Positions 25,921 to 32,479 of a stretch of DNA of 64,000 nt are shown here, piece after piece (positions within the stretch are counted from its first letter, which is position 1; the number at the start of each line of letters is the position of its first letter). The notes beneath the pieces were generated by a model, which made no database searches, was not told the DNA's origin, and saw nothing but the letters and a program-made list of their open reading frames with translations. The stretch is taken from positions 23,188-87,187 of the forward strand of contig JASGEH010000069.1 in assembly GCA_047606565.1 (NCBI GenBank), read 5' to 3'. The translations under genes and the position numbers were made by a program. The stretch comes from Comamonas sp. (GTDB lineage: Bacteria > Pseudomonadota > Gammaproteobacteria > Burkholderiales > Burkholderiaceae_C).

Positions 25921-26153
25921 GGGGTCCCTCGGTGTTGGCGTCGTTCTTGAAGGGCCTGGCACGCCACGCACAGCCGCACGCCCGGCACCGCACGGCGGCG
26001 GCCTGCGGGAATGGGCTCGCCGCAGTCCCCGCATTCGGTGGCGGAATCGGCCGCCGTCTTGCCCGCCAGCCCGGCGCGCCGTGCGTGGTCGCGCAAGGCG
26101 TCGTCGCGCAGTTGCTGCTCGCGCGCGGCGGCGCGGTCGATGTCATCGGTCAT
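25917..26153 (-). CDS. TraR/DksA-family C4 zinc-finger protein
   Basis: Start at 26153 (MTDDIDRAAAREQQLRDDAL…). The C4 motif is CGDCGEPIP…RLCVAC. Confidence 0.75.
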   Translation of the reverse strand: MTDDIDRAAAREQQLRDDALRDHARRAGLAGKTAADSATECGDCGEPIPAGRRRAVPGVRLCVACQALQERRQHRGTP

Positions 26154-26443
26154 GGTTGCGGCGCGGGGTGATGGGGGCGGCCGGGGTGGTCGGGGTTGTC
26201 GAGCCAGTCCACCAGCTCGAAGTGGCGGCCCGCGCACAGGCCGTACAGGTCATACATTTCCTTGAGGGCCAGGGCGATGGCGTCCATGCCGGGCTCAAGG
26301 CGTTGCGGCGGTGGCGGGCACAGCGCCAGCGATTCCACTGGCAGCGGCGGCGCCAGCGCTGGCGCGGGCGGCGTCGAGCTGGCGCATGACGCCAGCATCG
26401 AACAGGCAGCCAGCGCGGCTGTCAGCGGTAGGGGCAAGGGCAT
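26150..26443 (-). CDS. o-spanin (Rz1-like outer-membrane lipoprotein), overlapped architecture
   Basis: Signal peptide with lipobox (LASC), a Pro-rich mature part, and a start inside the 3' part of the i-spanin gene in another frame. Confidence 0.65.
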   Translation of the reverse strand: MPLPLPLTAALAACSMLASCASSTPPAPALAPPLPVESLALCPPPPQRLEPGMDAIALALKEMYDLYGLCAGRHFELVDWLDNPDHPGRPHHPAPQP

Positions 26444-26699
26444 CGCGTAGCTCCTGAGTGGTTTGCCGCACGCGCCCGTTCCAGGCCGCCGTGGCGGTGC
26501 GCAGTGCGGTACTGGCCTGGCCGGCGCGCTGGGTCAGGTCCTGGTGCTGCGTCAGCAGGCCCTGCAGCGCCTGCACGGTCTGGGCGTTCTGCGCCGCTGT
26601 GGCCTTGGCCCGGCCCTGGAGCAGGCCATAGGCATAGCCGCCCACAGCGGCGGCCAGTACGGCCAGCAGCAGGCCCAGGGCCAGCGTCGAGCGGCTCAT
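26295..26699 (-). CDS. i-spanin (Rz-like)
   Basis: Start at 26699 (MSRSTLALGLLLAVLAAAVGGYAYG…). It has an N-terminal TM anchor followed by a coiled-coil periplasmic domain, and overlaps the holin-like gene by 4 nt. Confidence 0.7.
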   Translation of the reverse strand: MSRSTLALGLLLAVLAAAVGGYAYGLLQGRAKATAAQNAQTVQALQGLLTQHQDLTQRAGQASTALRTATAAWNGRVRQTTQELRDALAPTADSRAGCLFDAGVMRQLDAARASAGAAAASGIAGAVPATAATP

Positions 26700-27031
26700 G
26701 GCTGCGGCCCCACGGCTGCAGTGCCCCCGGCTGCGCCGGCGCCGCCGTTGAGCACGCCCGGCTGGGCCTGGATGCGCAGATAGATGCCGACCACCGAGAT
26801 GGCAGCCGCCACCAGCGGCCACCAGGCCCCGGTGATCAGCGGCTGCAGGTGCGGCACCACGTCGGACTGCGCGAGCATGAAGACGGCCAGCGCGGCCTGC
26901 GCCTGGTTGGAGGTCAGGCGCCAACTGCCGCGCCAGCCGTCGATCAGGCCGGGGTGGCGCAAGACAGCGACGGCGACCGACGCGCCAATGACGGCGAGCA
27001 CGGCCAGGACGATGAGGGTGGCAAGAGTCAT
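26696..27031 (-). CDS. Holin-like membrane protein (111 aa)
   Basis: Start at 27031 (MTLATLIVLAVLAVIGASVAVAVL…). It has 2-3 TM segments and lies inside the lysis cassette. Confidence 0.55.
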   Translation of the reverse strand: MTLATLIVLAVLAVIGASVAVAVLRHPGLIDGWRGSWRLTSNQAQAALAVFMLAQSDVVPHLQPLITGAWWPLVAAAISVVGIYLRIQAQPGVLNGGAGAAGGTAAVGPQP

Positions 27032-27060
27032 GGGGGAGCTTTCTGGGAGGGGTGGAGGAA

Positions 27061-27267
27061 TCAGGCGCGCCGGCCGCGCAAGGCCCGGCGATGGCGCGCG
27101 CGATGGCGCACCTTGGCGGCCAGGCGCTGCACCTGGCGCGGGCTCCAGCCACGGCGCGCGCGGCGGCCGTAGCCAGCCGGCGCTGCGAACGCGCCGAGGC
27201 CCGTGCCAATGCGCCAGCCCAGGCCGGCCAGAACGGTGGCGACGAGAGCGCGCAGGCGCTGCCTCAT
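27061..27267 (-). CDS. Small single-TM protein with a strongly basic C-terminus (68 aa), lysis-cassette associated
   Basis: ATGA overlap with the endolysin stop. One TM segment (LVATVLAGLGWRIGTGLGAF) is followed by an Arg-rich tail. High GC makes a chance ORF possible. Confidence 0.4.
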   Translation of the reverse strand: MRQRLRALVATVLAGLGWRIGTGLGAFAAPAGYGRRARRGWSPRQVQRLAAKVRHRARHRRALRGRRA

Positions 27268-27770
27268 GCCGCGCCGCCAATCTTTTGCAGATTGCCCGCC
27301 ACGCGCCGCGCCCAGCCCCGGCCGAAGGTGGGCCAGGTGGACAGGCTGCTCATGAACTGCAGGCGGTGGCCGGAGAAGCGCGCGCGCAGCGCGGGCACAT
27401 TGGCCCGGGCCAGTTCCGCAAGCGTCTGCGGCCCGACCACGCCATCCTCGGCCAGGCCGAGCGCGCGCTGCAGGTGGCGGATGGCCGTGCCGATGCCGCT
27501 GTTGACGGCAAAGTCGAACACGTCGAAGGCCAGCCCCGGCGCCATCTGGTCGCAGCGCGCGCGCAGCCAGTAGTCGCGCAGGTAGATGGCCTTGGCGTCG
27601 GCCAACGTCAGCCCGGCGATGTCGAGCTGCGGATAGGCGCGCTTGGAGATGCCGTACTTCGTCTCGCCGCCCGGGTCGCGCGGGTCGTTGACGTAGCCGC
27701 CCTCATGCCCGATGACCTGGGCGAAGGCTTGCTCGAAGGCGGGGGGAAAGGGTGTGGTGCTGGTGGACAT
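27264..27770 (-). CDS. Endolysin, glycoside hydrolase family 108 N-terminal domain with a peptidoglycan-binding C-terminal domain
   Basis: …VIGHEGGYVNDPRDPGGETKYGISKRAYP… is the GH108 signature, and the C-terminal …GLAEDGVVGPQTLAEL… is PG_binding-like. No signal or SAR sequence is present. Confidence 0.9.
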   Translation of the reverse strand: MSTSTTPFPPAFEQAFAQVIGHEGGYVNDPRDPGGETKYGISKRAYPQLDIAGLTLADAKAIYLRDYWLRARCDQMAPGLAFDVFDFAVNSGIGTAIRHLQRALGLAEDGVVGPQTLAELARANVPALRARFSGHRLQFMSSLSTWPTFGRGWARRVAGNLQKIGGAA

Positions 27771-27773
27771 GAT

Positions 27774-27793
27774 GGCTCTGGGGTGACAGAGCC
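27774..27793 (-). promoter_or_regulatory. Hairpin 3 nt upstream of the endolysin start codon
   Basis: The transcribed strand reads GGCTCTG-TCACCC-CAGAGCC-ATC-ATG. No clear Shine-Dalgarno is present. The geometry (7-bp stem, 6-nt loop) matches the hairpin at the tape-measure start. Confidence 0.45.
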
Positions 27794-27859
27794 GTCAGTC
27801 TCGGATTCAGCGGGGCGGGCGTAATTGGAAGGCGTTCAGTTTGTGCATATGAGGCACGC

Positions 27860-28450
27860 TCAAGGCGGATCAGCGTCTTTACCCCCAGATCGTCCCTGAA
27901 AGCCCGCGTACATTTTTGCAATTCTGAAGATATGCATGGTGGCAGCCACCACCGACGTCAACGCATACAGGAAAAGCCCATACCCTATTGCGCCACCCAC
28001 CGCATTCAAAAACGGAAGTGCTGGGCGGATAGGATCCACCAAGGGCGTGTAGAACCACCAGGATTTCGCCAGAATGGCTGCCACCAGCGCCAAGGCCTGC
28101 ACAAGGATGAAATGTACGAAGGTAGAGCACAGTGCCACATAAGCATTGATGTCTGACTCTTCATCATCTTCCGCCAAGATGGCCCGGAATTTCTCGTCAC
28201 CAAAGCCGATAAAAATTGCGAAGCCCCCCAGCGTGAATCCCAGCAAGTTGGGTAGGACGATGATGCTTTGTTCCCACCACGGATCACACTCCAGCCCCAC
28301 GCACCCAAAGCCTATCCATGTTTGAGCCGTAAGCGTCAAAAGAACAATCGCAAGATGCAAATACGGCGAGCATGCCAAAGCCCCCAAGCCACCGTAGGCG
28401 ACCCAGTACACCCTGAAGATATCTGCAACGCCCTTGTATTGCTTAAACAT
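27860..28450 (-). CDS. Multi-pass membrane protein (196 aa, about 4-5 TM), second gene of a low-GC accessory pair
   Basis: The ATG immediately follows the TAA of the upstream gene (…TAAATG…). Hydrophobic segments include IIVLPNLLGFTLGGFAIFIGF, AYVALCSTFVHFILVQALALVAAIL and LNAVGGAIGYGLFLYALTSVVAA, with an acidic loop (EDDEESD). I recognised no family. Confidence 0.75.
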   Translation of the reverse strand: MFKQYKGVADIFRVYWVAYGGLGALACSPYLHLAIVLLTLTAQTWIGFGCVGLECDPWWEQSIIVLPNLLGFTLGGFAIFIGFGDEKFRAILAEDDEESDINAYVALCSTFVHFILVQALALVAAILAKSWWFYTPLVDPIRPALPFLNAVGGAIGYGLFLYALTSVVAATMHIFRIAKMYAGFQGRSGGKDADPP

Positions 28451-29335
28451 TTACTGATTGGCCGCGCTGCGCCTTTGCTTTGCACTGGCCCGGTCTAAAA
28501 CATTCCAAATGGTTTCCACTTTCTCATCCACGAGTTGTGGATAGATCGCTGGCTTTGCTCTGGTTGACTCTGATGCCTTGATCCCGGCTGCATCATAGCC
28601 AATCGCTTCCACATGACCATTGTTTGCGGCAGCTTTGGCCTCAGCCTTCATTTCTTCGTCAGGAATAATACCCTCTGGATCTCTTGAAGTCATCACCTCT
28701 TGAATGCGGTTGATGTTGCGCCTTTCCATGCGCCTCATGATACGTTGCTCGACATCTCCTCCATCATCCGCGTTCGGTCGTTTGAACTCGAAAATGATCT
28801 TGGTCATCCGGTGGATGCTTAGCACTTCATCCACCGCGGTTTCATCAGGAATGACAGTGACCTCTACGGGTGGAGCGTCGTGCTGTCGAGAGACTTCATT
28901 GAAAATCTGTTGCAAGAACCCTTCCGCGATAGATGGTCCCATCGTCGATTTTCTATCCTTGCTGATATACCAAAATCGATGCTCCTTGGGTCTGAAGACA
29001 AACAGGATACGCTCCAAATTGGGATGAAGATTCCCCGGAATGAAGATATTTTCGGTGTCGGCTTCGTCTGCTGGTTTACCTGTTTGTGTATTGAACCAAG
29101 GCGCATCTGGATCGATGTTCGTGAAGCGGTAAATCTCTCCTTGTAACTCATTTTTTTCCACCGCTTTTTCGCTCTCATAAAGCGCGCCAAGTAAATATCC
29201 ATCCGATCTACCTCGACTGGCGATGCGCTTCAGTCGGTATGCCTTCTGAAATAGTTCTACATATGCCTGCGGGCTGTGGGGCGCATGCATTGAGATATTG
29301 ATCTGACGAATTTCAACTGTTCTTGGTTTGGCCAC
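28451..29335 (-). CDS. Soluble 294-aa protein, possibly DUF4747 family, first gene of the low-GC accessory pair
   Basis: GTG start preceded by GAGGAGG. The N-terminus …VEIRQINISMHAPHSPQAYVELFQKAY… and the length fit my recollection of DUF4747, with low certainty. There are no TM segments, and codon use is AT-richer than the phage backbone. Confidence 0.7.
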   Translation of the reverse strand: MAKPRTVEIRQINISMHAPHSPQAYVELFQKAYRLKRIASRGRSDGYLLGALYESEKAVEKNELQGEIYRFTNIDPDAPWFNTQTGKPADEADTENIFIPGNLHPNLERILFVFRPKEHRFWYISKDRKSTMGPSIAEGFLQQIFNEVSRQHDAPPVEVTVIPDETAVDEVLSIHRMTKIIFEFKRPNADDGGDVEQRIMRRMERRNINRIQEVMTSRDPEGIIPDEEMKAEAKAAANNGHVEAIGYDAAGIKASESTRAKPAIYPQLVDEKVETIWNVLDRASAKQRRSAANQ

Positions 29336-29437
29336 AAATCGCCTCCTCGGGGTACAAAGTTAAAGATTTGAAATTGATCAGTCTGCCCACCGCACCGGCA
29401 CATTCGCCGCACATGACGTGGGCCGTCAATCCATGAG

Positions 29438-29935
29438 TCACTGATACGGATCTGCGCTGACCGGCCGCGACGGGCTATAGCTCAGTCTGCGTTCCAACTC
29501 CCGCACCTGGGCGTTGAGTTGCCGAATACGATCGCTCATCTGCGCAGCATCGGGCCCTGTGGGGTTGGCGACCAACTGGGACCGGATCAAAGCGCGCTCT
29601 TCCTTTGCCGCCGCCCACTCGTCCTCCCACCGTTTCCATGTCGCCTTGGACTGCGGGCCCACGCCTTCCGAAACCGCTTTTGCGGCGTAACCCTGCGCGC
29701 GCATGCACAGGATCATCAGGTTGTTGCGGCGCTGTTTTTGGTCAATGCCCTGCAGCCAGTAGCCCACGCTGTAATCCGGCGTCTGGGTGGCCGAAGTCGT
29801 TTCGTACTGGCAGCGGTCAACGGCCCGGTCGACAGGTGTGGCGTCGTCGCGCGTGGGCGTCCAGGTCAGCACGGGCTGGTTGACGGCGCAGCCGGCCAGC
29901 AACAGGCAGATGGCAATGAAGAGGCCGCTACGCAT
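29438..29935 (-). CDS. Lipoprotein (165 aa) with a C-terminal coiled coil
   Basis: Signal peptide plus lipobox (LLLAGC). The start overlaps the upstream gene by 8 nt. The C-terminal segment …IRQLNAQVRELERRL… is helical. Confidence 0.75.
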   Translation of the reverse strand: MRSGLFIAICLLLAGCAVNQPVLTWTPTRDDATPVDRAVDRCQYETTSATQTPDYSVGYWLQGIDQKQRRNNLMILCMRAQGYAAKAVSEGVGPQSKATWKRWEDEWAAAKEERALIRSQLVANPTGPDAAQMSDRIRQLNAQVRELERRLSYSPSRPVSADPYQ

Positions 29936-30557
29936 GGCGGATGGGCTCCACCGCCCAGTTCGACCCTACGCCAAAGGCCGCTTTGCAACTCGGGCACGAG
30001 TCGGAATCCAGCGCAATGGCGGACCGGCAATTCGGACACACGCCCTGGGGCTTTTCTGGCTCTGTCGGCGGGGACGCCACCGTCGACACCCGCACTGCGG
30101 AGGTGGCTTCCAGCGGCGGTAGCTCGCTGCGGCAATGCTTGCAGAGCTTCGCGGCGGCCTTGACCGTTTCGGCGCAGAACGGGCAGGTCCGGGTGTCCCC
30201 GGCCAGGGGAGCCACGGCAGCCGGCGCTGGCGTGCCCCGGTGCTGTTCGATGAGCTCGACGGCGCGATTTCGGGTGAGCGCCCAGATCAGCGCGGCGACC
30301 CAGGGCAGCAAGGCCCATCCCAACAAGAAGTTGAGCCAGAACACGGCGAGGCCGTTGTCATGGGCGCGCTCGAAGGCCACGAATGACGGGATGAAGTAGG
30401 CCGCGCCCGACAGCGCCAGCATGACTCCCAAAAGAATGGCGGCACCGCCGCCTCCCCCGGCCAGCGAAAGCAGCGCAACGATGCCGGAAACTGCGGCGAT
30501 CCCGATTAACAGGTTTTTGCTGTTTGTCCTCATGATCCTCTCCCTATCGCCTTTCAT
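29928..30557 (-). CDS. Superinfection-immunity (T4 Imm-like) membrane domain fused to two zinc-ribbon motifs
   Basis: …YFIPSFVAFERAHDNGLAVFWLNFLLGWALLPWVAALIWALT… matches the Imm_superinfect-type motif as I recall it. The C-terminal zinc ribbons are CPFC…CKHC and CPNC…CPSC. Confidence 0.7.
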   Translation of the reverse strand: MKGDRERIMRTNSKNLLIGIAAVSGIVALLSLAGGGGGAAILLGVMLALSGAAYFIPSFVAFERAHDNGLAVFWLNFLLGWALLPWVAALIWALTRNRAVELIEQHRGTPAPAAVAPLAGDTRTCPFCAETVKAAAKLCKHCRSELPPLEATSAVRVSTVASPPTEPEKPQGVCPNCRSAIALDSDSCPSCKAAFGVGSNWAVEPIRHA

Positions 30558-30581
30558 CTGTATGTCCTGACAGTTAGCGTT

Positions 30582-31076
30582 TCAACACGATGCAGGGTTT
30601 TTTTTAATAGGATGAGCCAGAAAGCGCCAGGACAGCCAGCTCACGATCAAGGAAAAAAGCACGAAGATCAGCGCTTGCATTTGCGCCATGACTGACAACG
30701 GGCGCCCTGGCGTAACCAGTAACATGCCCATCACGACGAGTCCCAAGCAGGCCATCACCGTTGTGATGAAGTAACCCGACAAAGAAAGCAGGACGTCCTT
30801 CTTGGGCTCAATCAGAACCGGGCGCTGCGGGCCATCTGGTGCATCAGCCCGCACGCCTAATGGGGCGTTCTGAATCTGTTGTGTTGGTTCGATTACGATT
30901 CGTTCTGGCGCTGGCGGCCATTGAATAATGGTCAGATGGCTGACATGGGTATGGTTCACAACACTGCCCACCACATTCCCTCCAACCTCCCCGACCTGGA
31001 CGTGGCCCGATCCCGTACCACTGATGGCCTGATCCGGGGGCTGGCTGGGTAACTGGTCTTCTGGTTTGTCTTGCAT
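30582..31076 (-). CDS. Membrane protein (164 aa): N-terminal repressor-tail-like motif and a C-terminal 2-TM hairpin
   Basis: It starts 68 nt downstream of the repressor stop on the same strand. Residues 17-38, AISGTGSGHVQVGEVGGNVVGS, parallel repressor residues 127-148. The two TM segments are LLSLSGYFITTVMACLGLVVMGMLLV and ALIFVLFSLIVSWLSW. Confidence 0.7.
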   Translation of the reverse strand: MQDKPEDQLPSQPPDQAISGTGSGHVQVGEVGGNVVGSVVNHTHVSHLTIIQWPPAPERIVIEPTQQIQNAPLGVRADAPDGPQRPVLIEPKKDVLLSLSGYFITTVMACLGLVVMGMLLVTPGRPLSVMAQMQALIFVLFSLIVSWLSWRFLAHPIKKNPASC

Positions 31077-31144
31077 CCCTCATTCCTCCTGCTGTTCGAC
31101 ATGGGCTGGCAGGCGCGGAAAGCTGCTTTGCCAGCGAATCCCCG

Positions 31145-31618
31145 TTACTTCGTCTTGCGTGGCGCCCTCGCAGGCGAGCCATACACATCCCCACTGGTCG
31201 ATCCCACTTGCACGTGACCGTTGCCAGAGCCGGTAATGCTCATGCTGCCAGGGGGCTTGGACGACGTTTTTCCCGATGTCCCCGCGAGGCCCGCCGCCAG
31301 CAGCGCCGCCGTCTGGATGAGGTTGGCCTTGGCCTGCGGCGACGCGCGGCGGTAGCTGTCGAGCAGCACCTGCTCGGCCGGGTCCAGCGTGGGCGCGGCC
31401 GGATCGCGCGTGCCCGTCAGGACGTAGGCCACGTCCACTCCCGCCCCCCATAACGCTGACAGCACTTCGCCGCCCGGCACGGCCAGCCCGCGCTCGTATC
31501 GGCCCCATTGCTCTCGCGTCACGAACGCCAGCGCGGCGGCTTCAGCCTGGCTGAGGCCGAGCGCTGTCCTGGCGTCTTTCAGGCGACCCCCAAAAAGAGA
31601 TGAAAAATTCTCTTTCAT
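31145..31618 (-). CDS. XRE-family HTH repressor (phage c-repressor candidate)
   Basis: The N-terminal HTH is …LKDARTALGLSQAEAAALAFVTREQWGRYERG…. The gene diverges from the Ner-like gene across an AT-rich operator region. No S24 peptidase domain is present. Confidence 0.8.
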   Translation of the reverse strand: MKENFSSLFGGRLKDARTALGLSQAEAAALAFVTREQWGRYERGLAVPGGEVLSALWGAGVDVAYVLTGTRDPAAPTLDPAEQVLLDSYRRASPQAKANLIQTAALLAAGLAGTSGKTSSKPPGSMSITGSGNGHVQVGSTSGDVYGSPARAPRKTK

Positions 31619-31621
31619 ATC

Positions 31622-31650
31622 TTGATGAAGAGACTTTTTGGTCTCATAAT
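31622..31650 (+). promoter_or_regulatory. Candidate early promoter (TTGATG-17 nt-CATAAT) for the Ner-like gene
   Basis: Near-consensus sigma70 hexamers with 17-nt spacing, 67 nt upstream of the ner-like ATG. Confidence 0.5.
31630..31645. promoter_or_regulatory. Candidate operator palindrome GAGAC-N6-GTCTC
   Basis: A perfect 5+5 inverted repeat lying in the spacer of the candidate early promoter, 12 nt from the repressor start codon. Confidence 0.45.
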
Positions 31651-31716
31651 TCGTTTACTCAAGTTCACACCCATGTCATCCCGCGCCAACGGGAGCACAC
31701 ACAACAGGACACAGCC

Positions 31717-31962
31717 ATGGCTCTCAAAAAGCGTTCCGAGGTCCGCGCCGAGTTCATCCGCAAGGGGTGGTCGATCTCGGCGTGGGCCACTCGCAACGGC
31801 TATTCGCCCAACCTGGTCATCGCCATCATCAATGACGACGACGTCAAGCCGGTGCGCAAATGCACGCGGGGCGACTCGCACAACATTGCCGTGCTGCTGG
31901 GCCTGAAGGAGGGGGAGGTTTCCCGCCCACCCCATTTCGGCCGCCTTGCCGCCGCCGCGTGA
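31717..31962 (+). CDS. ner: Ner-like DNA-binding protein
   Basis: 81 aa. …KGWSISAWATRNGYSPNLVIAIIN… parallels the Mu Ner/Nlp HTH region. It diverges from the repressor gene. Confidence 0.7.
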   Translation: MALKKRSEVRAEFIRKGWSISAWATRNGYSPNLVIAIINDDDVKPVRKCTRGDSHNIAVLLGLKEGEVSRPPHFGRLAAAA

Positions 31963-32008
31963 TCCGCCGGAGCCGCGCCATGTCCGTTTCCAGGCATCTT
32001 ACAGGCGT

Positions 32009-32377
32009 TTACACGACTGTTACCGCCGAAAAAGCCGGGACTTTCCGGCCGGCCACGGCGGCTCGGTGGCTGCGGGCAGCGTCCAGTGCCTGGGCCAGTT
32101 CCCGCAGTGTGCGCCCGGCGCTGGCCAGCACGGGCGAGTGCGCATCGGGCCTGGAGGTGCGCCAGGCGCCGGATAACTGCGCGCCTGCGAGGGTGCCGTC
32201 CTGCTCCAGGACGGCGGCCATCAGCAGCAGCGCGCGGGCCAGGCCTTCGATGCGCCCGGCCAGTTCGTCGAAGTGGCGTGGCGCCATGTCGTCGGCCTTC
32301 TCGTCGGCCATCTCGCCCATTTTCTCGTTCATCTCCTCACCCATCTTCTCGTCCACCGTCTCGTTGATCTCGCCCAT
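32009..32377 (-). CDS. Acidic hypothetical protein (122 aa) with EKMGE-type repeats, antisense to the early arm
   Basis: The ATG at 32377 is preceded by AAGGAG at 7 nt. Codon third positions are strongly G/C (GGC GAG ATC AAC GAG ACG GTG GAC…). The N-terminus is MGEINETVDEKMGEEMNEKMGEMADEKADDM. Confidence 0.65.
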   Translation of the reverse strand: MGEINETVDEKMGEEMNEKMGEMADEKADDMAPRHFDELAGRIEGLARALLLMAAVLEQDGTLAGAQLSGAWRTSRPDAHSPVLASAGRTLRELAQALDAARSHRAAVAGRKVPAFSAVTVV

Positions 32378-32479
32378 GTCGGCTCCTTGCTTCGTTGCCG
32401 CCATTGTTCGGGCGAGCCGGGTTTCCAGGGCGATCTTTGTTTGGACGGCCCTGTCCACGCCCCGCAGGAGGGCCTTCTA

